Translations under genes and position numbers: made by a program | DNA from: Eledone cirrhosa | Lineage: Eukaryota | Assembly: GCA_964016885.1 (NCBI GenBank) | Contig: OZ024745.1 | Location: 23,498,001 to 23,562,000, forward strand | Direction of reading: 5' to 3' | DNA: 64,000 nt | Notes under the pieces: model-generated | The model's database searches: none | Told to the model about the DNA's origin: nothing | The model's input: the letters and a program-made list of their open reading frames with translations, nothing else | In this document: in pieces, positions 1 through 15,385 of the stretch | Numbering within the stretch: position 1 is the first letter of the stretch | Layout of the letters: each line of letters opens with the position of its first letter

Positions 1-2035
1 ATTGACTGAGTACAGCGTCTTAAGTATATATGATTGACTGAGTATAGCGTCTTAAGTATATATGATTCACTGAGTACAGTGTCTTAAGTATATATGATTG
101 ACTGAGTACAGTGTCTTAAGTATATATGATTCACTGAGTACAGTGTCTTAAGTATATATGATTCACTGAGTACAGTGTCTTAAGTATATATGATTCACTG
201 AGTACAGCGTCTTAAGTATATATGATTGACTGAGTACAGCGTCTTAAGTATATATGATTGACTGAGTATAGCGTCTTAAGTATATATGATTGACTGAGTA
301 CAGCGTCTTAAGTATATATGATTGACTGAGTATAGCGTCTTAAGTATATATGATTCACTGAGTACAGTGTCTTAAGTATATATGATTCACAGAGTACAGC
401 GTCTTAAGTATATATGATTCACAGAGTACAGCGTCTTAAGTATATATGATTCACAGAGTACAGCGTCTTAAGTATATATGATTGACTGAGTACAGCGTCT
501 TAAGTATATATGATTCACAGAGTACAGCGTCTTAAGTATATATGATTGACTGAGTACAGCGTCTTAAGTATATATGATTGACTGAGTACAGTGTCTTAAG
601 TATATATGATTGACTGAGTACAGTGTCTTAAGTATATATGATTGACTGAGTACAGCGTCTTAAGTATATATGATTGACTGAGTACAGCGTCTTAAGTATA
701 TATGATTGACTGAGTACAGCGTCTTAAGTATTTATGATTGACTGAGTACAGCGTCTTAAGTATATATGATTGACTGAGTATAGCGTCTTAAGTATATATG
801 ATTGACTGAGTACAGTGTATTAAGTATATATGATTGACTGAGTACAGCGTCTTAAGTATATATGATTGACTGAGTACAGCGTCTTAAGTATATATGATTG
901 ACTGAGTACAGCGTCTTAAGTATATATGATATCACTGAGTACAGCGTCTTAAGTATTTATGATTGACTGACTACAGCGTCTTAAGTATTTATGATTGACT
1001 GAGTACAGCGTCTTAAGTATTTATGATTGACTGAGTACAGCGTCTTAAGTATATATGATTGACTGAGTACAGCGTCTTAAGTATATATGATTGACTGAGT
1101 ACAGTGTCTTAAGTATATATGATTGACTGAGTACAGCGTCTTAGGTATATATGATTGACTGAGTACAGCGTCTTAAGTATATATGATTGACTGAGTACAG
1201 TGTCTTAAGTATATATGATTGACTGAGTACAGTGTCTTAAGTATATATGATTGACTGAGTACAGCGTCTTAGGTATATATGATTGACTGAGTACAGCGTC
1301 TTAAGTATATATGATTGACTGAGTACAGTGTCTTAAGTATATATGATTGACTGAGTACAGTGTCTTAAGTATATATGATTGACTGAGTACAGCGTCTTAG
1401 GTATATATGATTGACTGAGTACAGCGTCTTAAGTATATATGATTGACTGAGTACAGTGTCTTAAGTATATATGATTGACTGAGTACAGCGTCTTAAGTAT
1501 ATATGATTGACTGAGTACAGTGTCTTAAGTATATATGATTGACTGAGTACAGTGTCTTAAGTATATATGATTGACTGAGTACAGTGTCTTAAGTATATAT
1601 GATTGACTGAGTACAGCGTCTTAGGTATATATGATTGACTGAGTACAGCGTCTTAAGTATATATGATTGACTGAGTACAGTGTCTTAAGTATATATGATT
1701 GACTGAGTACAGCGTCTTAAGTATATATGATTGACTGAGTACAGCGTCTTAAGTATATATGATTGACTGAGTACAGTGTCTTAAGTATATATGATTGACT
1801 GAGTACAGTGTCTTAAGTATATATGATTGACTGAGTACAGCGTCTTAAGTATATATGATTGACTGAGTACAGCGTCTTAAGTATATATGATTGACTGAGT
1901 ACAGTGTCTTAAGTATATATGATTGACTGAGTACAGTGTCTTAAGTATATATGATTGACTGAGTACAGTGTCTTAAGTATATATGATTGACTGAGTACAG
2001 CGTCTTAAGTATATATGATTGACTGAGTACAGTGT
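1..2035. repeat. 32-bp tandem minisatellite (ATTGACTGAGTACAGCGTCTTAAGTATATATG)n, about 63 copies, runs off the window start
   Basis: Unit restarts at 1, 33, 65 and so on; few variants (cagCgt/cagTgt, ttGac/ttCac); decays into (TG)n at about 2033-2052. Confidence 0.97.
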
Positions 2036-2656
2036 GTGTGTGTGTGTGTGTGGATATGCGTATACTTATCAAAGATACCTTTAAAATCACTTTTTTGAAG
2101 GGCTCTTCCAAGCATCCTTTTAAAGACGTTGTTTTTATAGGGTTTTCTTTTTGAAATGTGTTTTTTTTTAAGGAACTCTGAGGGTGGGTTTTATGAAACG
2201 CCTTTTTAAATGTTTTTTTAATGTTTTTTTAAATGTTTTTTGTAAATGCTTTTTCTTTCTAAGTATTCGCTACACATTTAATATTTAATATTTACTGTGA
2301 TTGTCGCATATGAGACAGTTGCGGGTGTGTATCTGATTGGTGTGGGTGTATGAGTGCCCATACCTAACACGCCTGCGCGATACATGGGTGTGGGAGCTTA
2401 CAGGCCGGCAGGGCTGCGACAAGGCGCGACCGGTTCAATCATACAACTCCTTAACCCTACAGTAGTAATCCCGATATGAGAAACAACTTTGATTGACAGG
2501 TGGCAATTGAAAGGAATCAAATATACGACGGCCGCGAGTGGCCAAAAATACCGATGACGTGTACAATTCTTGACCATTGATAGAATGAAAATAACAGGAT
2601 CTAAGCTGCCGAGCGAAGGTAGCGGGTGTAACTGGACACTCTGCTTCGTAGAATCG

Positions 2657-2755
2657 AGACATACCTGAGGATCTTGCGCGATTTTAGAGTCAGGTTTGAT
2701 CATTGCATCGATTGTGCTTCGAGCTGGTCGCCAGAGAAACGATTGTAATATGTCT
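2657..2755 (+). ncRNA. Type I hammerhead ribozyme motif with extended stem II, at the 3' end of a putative Penelope-like insertion (about 2360-2802)
   Basis: Stem I AGACATA(2657-63)/TATGTCT(2749-55), core CTGAGGA (2665-71), long stem II, GAAA (2736-39), near-palindromic stem III ACGATTGT, cleavage triplet GTA, AATAAA immediately after, then (TA)n. Confidence 0.7.
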
Positions 2756-2816
2756 AATAAATTCTAATTCGTCGCACCACTGATTCTCCGTTTCTTATGT
2801 GGTATATATATATATA

Positions 2817-2988
<172 letters not shown>

Positions 2989-3079
2989 GATTCTTACCTG
3001 AGGGTTTTTCTTTTCTGAAGACCTGCTGTCCAACTCTCCTGATAATTTCGTATATCTATCTATGTATACATGTATGTAT

Positions 3080-3151
<72 letters not shown>

Positions 3152-3197
3152 CTACATCCGTTAATATTATCATAACATAATATTAATACAACTATTA

Positions 3198-3282
<85 letters not shown>

Positions 3283-3316
3283 ATCTCTATCTCTCTCTCT
3301 CTATCTCTATCTCTCA

Positions 3317-3422
<106 letters not shown>

Positions 3423-3529
3423 TTATTTACGTACGTATAGCACGGAGTGCATGTGTATAAACACACACGCACCGTGTTATATTTTGACGGTATTGTATTA
3501 GCTCAATGTACGAGAACAGAGCCGTTACA

Positions 3530-5150
<1,621 letters not shown>

Positions 5151-5155
5151 TATAT

Positions 5156-5484
5156 ATCAATGATATCAATAAATGGAAACTATATTTATAAAACCATATT
5201 TATTTTATTATATATATTTCAAGGGTACCAAAAACTTTGGTACGCACTCATCAGATAAAATATAAACTTTGTTTAAAAATAGTGACATATCCCAGAAACC
5301 AGACCTTATCGGTTCAGGTTCCGTTTGGATAAGGTCTGGTTTCTGGGATATGTCACTATTTATAAAACAAATTTTGTATTTTATCTGATGAGTGCGTACC
5401 AAAGTTTTTGGTGCCCTTGAAATATATATAATAAAATAAATATGGTTTTAAAAAATATAGTTTCCATTTATTAATATCATTGAT
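5156..5484. mobile_element. About 330-bp near-perfect palindrome with a hammerhead motif in each arm (5201-5262 minus, 5377-5438 plus)
   Basis: Arms of about 155 bp around a ~17-nt loop. Right arm: TATTTTAT-CTGATGA-stem II-GAAA-TATATA-TA^ATAAAATA. Left end sits in a TA run. Confidence 0.8.
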
Positions 5485-5567
5485 TATACTCCAGGAAAAT
5501 ATGTTGAGTCCTTCGAATCTGTTATAAATAAATTTGTTGAATTACCAACAAATTGAATATCTCTTTG

Positions 5568-5642
<75 letters not shown>

Positions 5643-7019
5643 ATATATGTTGTTTCTCTCCACCACCACCACCACCACCCCTCTCTCTCTGTCGGCGGCC
5701 ACTAAATTCGTATTTGTTTTTAAAGTCAGTAGAAAACATCACGTACATATTGTTATTAATTATTTCGCTGTATCTAAGTTTCTTATTACATTCCTATAAC
5801 TTGTTCACTGATCTTTGTATATCTGTCTAGTGTTTCAGTTGGTCAATTCTTATAGTTAAACAATAAATATTACAATAAAAAAAATAACAAAAACACTTCA
5901 ATGGTCGACGTAAGTAAGAAGCTCTTACTAAAATAAGATAGGTTTGTGTAATATGAAGAGAGTTCTAACTTCTTGTTTGTAACAGTCTTCCAAGAAAAGG
6001 TCAATATTCTTTTATACTGGTTTAGTTTAGACATTTGTTCGTGAGTGTGTGTTTGTGTACTTGGATGTAATTGTGTATTCCTGTATATTTGTGTGTACGT
6101 GAGGGTTCATGTTTATTCGTGTGTTTTTGTGTGTTCATATGAATTCATGTGTGTTCGAGTGTATTGTGTGATCGTGTGTATTCATGTGTGTTCGTGTGTG
6201 ATTCTGTGTATTCGGGTATTCGTGTGTATTCATGTGTATGTTTATGTGTATTTGTGATGTGCTTGAAAGCAGAAGCGGTTGTTTTGGCGTATGTGAATGT
6301 ATGTGTGTAGTGGCGTCTTGTGTGTGTGTGTGTATATATGTGTGAGAGTGTGTGTGTGTGTGTATCTGTGTGAGTGTGTGTGTGTGTGGGGGGGGGGGGG
6401 GCTTGTGAGTATGTGTGTGTTTGCGTTTGTATCTTATGTGGACTCGAATAGACTTTTTCAGGACCAGACTTGCTGATTGTGTTCTTTTCTGTCCCTTGGC
6501 AACTGGTTCGTGACGACGTGGCAATGGTGCTAGGATCAGGATCGTACGGCCATGAATTCAATTCTGATAGCGAATGACGTGCTCTGTTCTTCTGTAAAAC
6601 ACTACTTCACGTCCCTTCAGTTGATTCAGCTGTCAAAATTAAGTTGTTACATATTCTGACATACTGCATATGTGCTGCCATTCTAATTCAAGGAGCCAGT
6701 CTCGTTACACCATGACACATATTGTGACACAGCTGAATATGTGACGTGGCTATAAGCGAAAGGAGCCAGTCTTATCACACATTGTGACATGGCTGAATTT
6801 CCTTGAGAATTGTGTCATAATGTGGCATTAAAAAAAAATAAGGAAGAATGTACGGTCTGGAAAAAACTTAGTTGCTATTTCTAGCAATTAGAACGAGCAC
6901 ATTGAGGTTCTCTCATGTATCTGTTGTAAACAACAACATGCTACTAACATAAAGAAATATTAATGTATAATAGGAAAAAATGGCGTGATAAAGACAAGAA
7001 GGGTAGTTATACCGGTCAC

Positions 7020-7058
7020 TCTCCGACAGGTTTACGGTTGTACCCTTGGCAGTGGAGA
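7020..7058 (-). ncRNA. Degenerate hammerhead-like motif in a GC-rich island (about 6960-7215)
   Basis: Minus strand: TCTCC-A-CTGCCAA-G-GGTACAACC-GTAAAC-CT-GTC^GGAGA. Stems and GTC triplet present; both core boxes mutated. Confidence 0.4.
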
Positions 7059-7393
7059 CTTCTGGTGTCCTCGGCCATAGGGCTACCTCCCTACTCACCA
7101 CCATAGGCGCTGAGCTGGCCAGCCGCAGGTGTGGCTTTTCCAGCGCGTCTCCCTTGTCGTCCTCCGGGGAAACGCCTTCTCCATTCTGTCCGCCGGGGCT
7201 GTGGGGAGGCCACCAATATGATTGACTGACTTGTCATTTTATCAGTCAGATGTTTTTAGACCCGTTGTATGAAGAAGTTGTTTGAGACGGAATTAGATGT
7301 TTACAAGTCAAAAGGGTCTTTCACGTGGTTATGCAGGTCAGAAAACAGCATTTAATACAAGAGCTCTCATGTAATGTATCACTTAGGAAAATA

Positions 7394-7753
7394 CTCTCGG
7401 GTCTCAAATAATCGCCCCCGCTTATTAAATTTTCACATTTTTTTCAACCCTTGTCTCGATTAAATTTTGCTAATCTATCTCCGGCAAAATTTAATTTTAA
7501 GTGGTAGCATTCCTGCGACAATTTATTTTCTTTAGACATTAGAAAGCATTATACATGACAAACAAGAAAAAAAAAGAACATCATAAAAAATCTCATAGGT
7601 TATAAAATAAATATGATAGATAAGGGTTTCAATATGTAATCTAAACGACTAATTCTGATTTAAAAAACAAATCAAGGGAGACAACTTACAACATTTATCC
7701 ATTTTCCAACCCTACTGTTTATTCCAACCGCCCTATTATTTGGGTCCCGAGAG
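7394..7753. mobile_element. Tc1/mariner-superfamily MITE
   Basis: TIRs CTCTCGGGTCTCAAATAAT / ATTATTTGGGTCCCGAGAG, flanked by TA on both sides. Confidence 0.8.
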
Positions 7754-8235
7754 TACGTAGAATTAAGAATAATTGCACCCTTACTGATAAATATGGAGAG
7801 TTTCTTAATGAAATCCAGACTAATTGGGTCGAATTATATTGCCAAAGTAAATCATATATGGAGCTACAATACCGGATGCTTTGATGTAGAGAGAAGCTAG
7901 TTAAAGTTAAAAGTGTATACTGGATACTAAAATTAGAACACAATCTCCAGTTTGATCGAAAGCCATGTATTTGACGAGCACAAACGTGTTTCATTATTGA
8001 TAAGAGATGCAGCTGTGCAAAGCTATGTCTGTCACCATAAAACGGCAGTACTTGGCATAGAAGCAGCGTCTGCTATTTAGGCTCCTGTGCAAACCTATGT
8101 CAGTTACCTTACATCGGCAGTACTTGGCATAAAAATAGTATCTGATATTGAGGCCCCAAAACTCGAGAAAGGAAAAATAATTGCAGTCTTCCATATACAA
8201 CAGTATTCCTATTTTATATGACACATACACATGTT

Positions 8236-8341
<106 letters not shown>

Positions 8342-8567
8342 CACACACATACAAAGTGTAGGTGTCAAATTGGCAGAGTCGTTAGAGCAACGGATCATAT
8401 GTCTTACGATATTCCCTGCGGCATTCTGTACTCTGTGCTGTGCTGTTCGCGGCGTTGAAGACTTTACCAGTTTCTGCGATCCTTTCCTACCAAATGAAAT
8501 GTTCGTGAACAGCACGCCGTTACTCACATCATTTTACTATGATAATAAAACCGAGAACTTGAAGCGC

Positions 8568-8764
8568 TAAACCAATCGGCAGGAGACCCAGGGGTAGACT
8601 CTGAGTATGATGGTTAGATAACATCAATGAGCTTGACTGGTTTCGCTTGGGGATCCAGCCGGATCAATTGGAGACTGTTGCTTCCGACAGGACCCGCTGG
8701 AAGAAGTGCTTCAGGACACTGCCCCTAAGACCCTCTTAGGATTAAGTGGGCGAAGAAGAAGAAC
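8568..8764 (+). mobile_element. 3' fragment of an RTE-clade LINE, degenerate, short (GAA)n tail
   Basis: Translates as KPIGRRPRGR..WLDNINELDWFRLGIQPDQLETVASDRTRWKKCFRTLPLRP, typical of the RTE ORF C-terminus; second copy at about 54225-54465. Confidence 0.75.
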
Positions 8765-8834
8765 TTGAAACGCTACGACATACACAGACCAGGAATGCTG
8801 TTGTACCGAACTATATATATATATAGGTCTAATA

Positions 8835-8977
8835 CAAGCGTCGGGTGAAAAGTTCATAGGCTGACTAAGATTCTCTCATGGAATGACCAAAAGAGTTGAA
8901 ATTAATGCACACAAAATTTCACAGCTCTAGCATCAATCCTTCATAGTCAATGTATGAACTTTTTAGTCCACCCTCGT
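8835..8977. mobile_element. Mariner-type MITE, diverged copy of the 53449 family
   Basis: Ends GGGTGAAAAGTTCATAGGCTGAC / TGAACTTTTTAGTCCACCCTCG; internal CACAGCTCTAGCATCA matches the other copies in reverse. Confidence 0.7.
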
Positions 8978-9548
8978 TAAAGTAATATGAACAATTAATG
9001 GTAAGAAAACATTTAACTAGAACACAGAAGCTTCTCTTATATGATACACATACATACACATACATACATACACACACATACATACACACACATACATCAC
9101 ACGCATCACATACACATATCTTCTTCTTTACGACTACGAACAACAAACATCAACATCAATATCTTACATATGCAATTATGTGCATAAATCACGCCATCTT
9201 TGAATCTACATTATCCCCAAATTACGCTGACCATTTCAATTTAGTCTTAATTTGTTATTTGGTATATAGCATTTGACTATAGCTCTCTTTATGGACAGAG
9301 GTCTATCCGTGATATAGGCAATCTCGTCTGGTTTTTCTGTGTACAAAGGAAATAACAGTTTTCAACATTTTTTGGCGAGGTTTATAAACTGTAGCTATAC
9401 CTACATTGAATTCATGTACATTCCTAATGATTTCATACGAATGAAACAGTCCTACTCCTGTAGAAGTTATTTCTATATAAAATAAAAATTGCCTATACTC
9501 TACCAATGTTTTGAGTACTTTTATAAACTGCTGTTACCCCTGACATAA

Positions 9549-9609
<61 letters not shown>

Positions 9610-9659
9610 GTGTGTGCGTGTGTATGTATATATATATATATATGCATATATATATATAT

Positions 9660-9854
9660 GGGAAATGTTCAAGACCCCGACTGCAGAGCTCAAGCCCTTT
9701 CGACGGCTATTTCTGGACTAAATAGCCGTCGAAACGACTTGAGTTCTGCGGTCGGAGTCTTGAACATTTTCCTATTACCCACTCTACTACCCTAAGTATT
9801 GAGTACTCGGGTGCGTTATGGTCCATCTGGTTCCTTACCACACTTCCTTCGTTA
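9660..9854 (+). mobile_element. Hairpin-plus-tail element, copy 1 of 4 (putative Penelope-like terminal remnant)
   Basis: About 52-bp inverted repeat, then a constant ~80-bp tail ending CCACACTTCCTTCGTTA; TA runs on both sides. Confidence 0.75.
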
Positions 9855-9866
9855 TATATATATATA

Positions 9867-10033
9867 TAATTGTTTCTACTTTTGGCACAAGGCCAGCAAT
9901 TAATCCAGTGCATTACTGGTACTTTACTTTATCGACCCCGTAAGGATGAAATGCAAAGTTAACCTCGGCGGGATTTGAACTCAGACTGTAAAGGGCCGTA
10001 ACTCTATGCTGCAAAGCATGGCGTCCGACCCTC
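9867..10033 (-). mobile_element. tRNA-derived SINE (octopod-type family)
   Basis: Reverse complement of the 15804 copy, including B box and TTTCATCCTTACGGGGTCGATAAA core. Confidence 0.9.
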
Positions 10034-10937
10034 TCTATATATATAATACAAATAAATATACATATTATATGCATGTGTGTATGTGTATAGAGTTTAGGTG
10101 ACAACATCTCCTATTACGAACATCACCACCACCACCACTACTTCCGCCATTAAACGCCATTTCCTCCTTAAAAACTACCGCCATTTTATCAGCTACTCCT
10201 CCTCCTCACCCTCCTCCTACTACTACCATTGAAAGCGACAATATCAGCACGTGTAATGGGAATATTTACACTGTAGCCCACGCATCTCACCCCTTGCCAT
10301 CTCGCCATCTCTATCACCTGCCCCTATATATTCTACTACCACTACCACTACTATAACAACCACCTGCTCCGTGCCCTATATCAAACATCTTAAGCACGAA
10401 TACCACCACCACTAACAACATCACCACCACAAACCACCACCACTACCACCTCTACAACCACCACCACCACCACCACCACTACCACCACCACCACAAACCA
10501 CCACCACTACCACCTCTACAACCACCACCACCACCACCACCACTACCTCTACCACCACCACCACAAACCACCATCACTACCACCTCTACCACCACCACCA
10601 CCACCACCACTTCTACAACCACCACCACCACCACCACCACCACCACCACCTCTACAACCATCACCACCATCTTTCACGGTTTTAGAGATTAATACGTTTG
10701 GGTGATAATGTAGTCTGAGGTATCTTGCACATAAGACTGGATTGTCACGGCTGGAATATCAATCAGAGTTAACAATGGGACAAATGACTAATACCACCAC
10801 ATGGATACTTAACCTGCTAGAAATAGCAGCCAGAACCCGTCAGAAATTGACGCAATGAGAGAATATAGTCTTCCAAGTATCTCAAAGAAACAGAATGGTC
10901 AGAACTGGAATGTTTTTGGTTATCTGTCTAATCAACC

Positions 10938-11702
10938 AGGGCTGACCTAGGGCTGACCTAGGGCTGATCTAGGGCTTACCTAGGGCTTACCTAGGGCTGA
11001 CCTAGGGCTGATCTAGGGCTTACCTAGGGCTGACCTAGGGCTTACCTAGGGCTGACCTAGGGCTGACCTAGGGCTGATCTATGGCTTACCTAGGGCTTAC
11101 CTAGGGCTGACCTAGGGCTGATTAGGGCTTACCTAGGGCTGACCTAGGGCTTACCTAGGGCTGACCTAGGGCTGACCTAGGGCTGATCTATGGCTTACCT
11201 AGGGCTTACCTAGGGCTGACCTAGGGCTGATCTAGGGCTTACCTAGGGCTTACCTAGGGCTGACCTAGGGCTGATCTAGGGCTTACCTAGGGCTGACCTA
11301 GAGCTTACTTAGGGCTGATCTAGGGCTGACCTAGGGCTTACCTAGGGCTGACCTAGGGCTTACCTAGGGCTTACCTAGGGCTGACCTAGGGCTTACCTAG
11401 GGCTGACCTAGGGCTGACCTAGGGCTTACCTAGGGCTGACCTAGAGCTTACTTAGGGCTTACCTAGGGCTTACCTAGGGCTTACCTAGGGCTGACCTAGG
11501 GCTTACCTAGGGCTGACCTAGGGCTGACCTAGGGCTTACCTAGGGCTGACCTAGGGCTGACCTAGGGCTTACCTAGGGCTTACATAGGGCTTACCTAGGG
11601 CTTACCTAGGGCTTACCTAGGGCTGATCTAGGGCTTACCTAGGGCTGACCTAGGGCTGACCTAGGGCTGACCTAGAGCTTACCTAGGGCTGACCTAGGGC
11701 TA
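10938..11702. repeat. 11-bp minisatellite (GGGCTKACCTA)n, about 70 copies
   Basis: Direct reading; the same flanks recur at 13543-13890 with only about 6 units. Confidence 0.95.
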
Positions 11703-11753
11703 CATTAAAACAGCTATCAAAAATCACATCACCACCACCACCACCACCAATAG

Positions 11754-11802
<49 letters not shown>

Positions 11803-12747
11803 GTTGGTGGTGGTGGTGCTGCCGCTCCTGCTAGTACTACTACTATTATCACCAGCACCATAACAATGACAAGTACACCATCCCATACACCGCCACCACC
11901 GCCACCACACCCACCTCTACTACCACTGTCACCACCACCGCCACCACCGTCACCATCACCACACCCACCTCTACCATCGTCACCAGCACCGCTACCCACA
12001 CCACCGTCAGCGCCACCACCCCACCTACCTCTGCTACCAGCCCCACCACCATCAGCGCCACTACCACTGTCACTACTACCACCACCATCGCCATCACCAC
12101 ACCTACCTCTTCCCCCAGCCCCACCACCATCACCACCACTACCGCTGTCACTACCCCCTCCCCCACCCCACCATCCCTGCCACCACCATCGCCATCACCC
12201 CACCTACCTCTGCTACCAGCCCCACCACCATCAGCGCCACTACCACCACCACCACCACCACCATCGCCATCACCACACCTACCTCTGCCACCAGCCCCAC
12301 CACCATCAGCGCCACTACCGCTGTCACTACCCCCCCCCACCCCACCATCCCTGCCACCACCACCGACAGCGCTATCTAGCGGTAGAATCTTTTGAAGCTG
12401 GTGTTCCAAACAACCACACCCATTCTTTCACATCGATAAACTCAAATATTGTGACACATACATTAACACACACGTGTAAAGACATACACACACACACGTG
12501 TAAAGACATACACACACACACGTGTAAAAACCTATACACACACACACAGACATGTATGTGAATGATTGTGTATGTGTATGTGTATATATATATATGTGTT
12601 AAGTGTATGAAATTTTATTTATACAATGTATACACATTATATATATATATGTGTATAAATATATACATATATAAATTAATATATAGATATATATTCACAC
12701 GTACACACACTCTATAAACATGATAACAAAGAGATAAATGCCCTCAT

Positions 12748-12800
<53 letters not shown>

Positions 12801-12806
12801 CACAGG

Positions 12807-12854
<48 letters not shown>

Positions 12855-12873
12855 AGTGTGTGTGTGTGTGTGT

Positions 12874-12915
<42 letters not shown>

Positions 12916-12956
12916 TGAAAGAGTGAAGAATAACATGGTCGGCTGTACAAAAAGGG

Positions 12957-13040
<84 letters not shown>

Positions 13041-13303
13041 GAGTTTAAATGAGTTGGTAATACAACCATGTAAAGGAAAAAATCATTTTAAAGGCCAATG
13101 TAATTTTATAATCTACACATAAGTTATAGATTATTGGAATTTAATCGATTCTGTATGTTCTGAGTGAATGTCACTTCGTTTCGGTTGCGTTTGGTCACCA
13201 AAATATATTGTTCTTTGGCGGCCAATATATATCTCTATTATGCTTAAATGCTGGCTTAGTGCTGGCAACAATTCAATATAACCAACTAGGGCATTATAGG
13301 ACT

Positions 13304-13465
13304 GTGGATTGGCAGTATCGGTAGAGGGTCTGACGCCATTTATGATCTGAGTTCAAATCACTCCGAGGTTAACTTTCCCTTTCATCCTTACGGGGTCGAT
13401 AAAATAAAGTACCAGTAATACACTGGGATAATTTCTGGCCTTGTGCCAAAAGTAGAAATAATTAT
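13304..13465 (+). mobile_element. tRNA-derived SINE
   Basis: A box TGGCAGTATCGG, B box GAGTTCAAATC and family core. Confidence 0.9.
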
Positions 13466-14219
13466 ATGCAAATGACCACTTCCAGCCGATGTTTTCTATT
13501 TGCTATATGCAAACGAGCTTCTCCAATAGGTGATCATCACACACGTTTGGGTGATAATGTAGTCTGAGGTATCTTGCACATAAGACTGGATTGTCACGGC
13601 TGGAATATCAATCAGAGTTAACAATGGGACAAATGACTAATACCACCACATGGATACTTAACCTGCTAGAAATAGCAGCCAGAACCCGTCAGAAATTGAC
13701 GCAATGAGAGAATATAGTCTTCCAAGTATCTCAAAGAAACAGAATGGTCAGAACTGGAATGTTTTTGGTTATCTGTCTAATCAACCAGGGCTGACCTAGG
13801 GCTGACCTAGGGCTGATCTATGGCTTACCTAGGGCTTACCTAGGGCTGACCTAGGGCTACATTAAAACAGCTATCAAAAATCACATCCTTCACCAACACC
13901 ACCTCCACTACCATCACCACCACTACCACCACCGTCACCACCACCAGCCGATGTTTTCTATTTGCTATATGCAAATGACTTCTCCAATAGGTGATCATCA
14001 CACAAAATACTATATAGACTTAGTCTATTCTATGCCAGCATATTTTGAGTGAGTGTCACTGATAAACGATTAAGGAATCTTGGAAGAGTCGGATACTCTC
14101 AGAATATTCTGGCAACTCTAGGATATATTCAGAAAGGAACATCGAGAAAAATATCATTTCTTTCGTTCCGTTTTCGTTTGTTTACGACAAATATTTCTTC
14201 TTTGGCAGCGAGGCTACCA

Positions 14220-14312
<93 letters not shown>

Positions 14313-14315
<3 letters not shown>

Positions 14316-14502
14316 CGAAGGAAATGTGGTAAGGAACCAGGTGGACCATAACGCACCAAAGTACTCAATACTTGAGGTAGTAGAGTGGGTAATAGGAACC
14401 AGTAAGACCCCGACAGCTGAGCTCAAGCCGTTTCGACGGCTAATTTTGTCCAGAATTAGCCGTCGAAACGGCTTGAGCTCAGCTGTCGGGGTCTTACTGG
14501 TT

Positions 14503-14507
<5 letters not shown>
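14313..14507 (-). mobile_element. Hairpin-plus-tail element, copy 2 (perfect 54-bp arms 14392-14445 / 14454-14507)
   Basis: Tail TAACGAAGGAAATGTGGTAAGGAACC... at left; embedded in (TA)n. Confidence 0.8.
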
Positions 14508-14559
<52 letters not shown>

Positions 14560-14636
14560 GTATCGTTATACTTTGGGAGGGTCATACTGCCAATAAATAT
14601 AAATACAAAAACGATACATATATATATATATATATG

Positions 14637-14737
<101 letters not shown>

Positions 14738-14854
14738 GTATATATATATATGTGTGTGTCTGTGTGTGTGTGTGTGTATACAAATACACACACACATTTA
14801 TATGTGTGTGTGTATTTGTATGCGCATAAGTTTGCGCGCGTGTGGATGAGAATT

Positions 14855-14886
<32 letters not shown>

Positions 14887-15385
14887 CATGTGTAGTGTGT
14901 GTGTGTGTGTGTCTATTTCCAGGTATATATGGTAGATATAAAGAAGTAAATGAAGTGAAGTCACTCAAGCGGGAATATCTGAGCAACTGAGATACGACTT
15001 ATAGAGGGTTTACCATTGGAGTAGTCTAGTCCTACTTATCCGGATTAGATGGGCGACATGTTACGACCACTGTCACTTCTTCTTACTATCAACCATAATA
15101 GTACGTTATCTTTATTTTCTATATTCATATATATATATTTCTTCGTATGTAAATATATGACATATCCACACAACTACATACACACAATACATTTCCTATA
15201 TCAGTCATTTTGCTACAATAAGAAGTTCACTTTCTAATAACAAGATCTTGGGTTCTAACCCCACGTTTGTCCCTGAAATAGTTATTTCTCCAATGTTACT
15301 CATACATTTAATCCTTTATGTTATTTGTAAATTTATGTAAATGCATCCTAGAAATATATCCTAGAAATATCACTTGTATCTTTAA

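Noticed and set aside
1-2035. CRISPR-like array (32-bp repeat)
   Set aside because: Units are contiguous with no unique spacers and there are no cas genes; ordinary minisatellite in eukaryotic DNA.
8010-8135. Leucine-rich-repeat-like peptide (YCR..VTDIGL) on the minus strand
   Set aside because: Explained by a 72-bp tandem DNA duplication; LRR consensus incomplete and no convincing splice sites.
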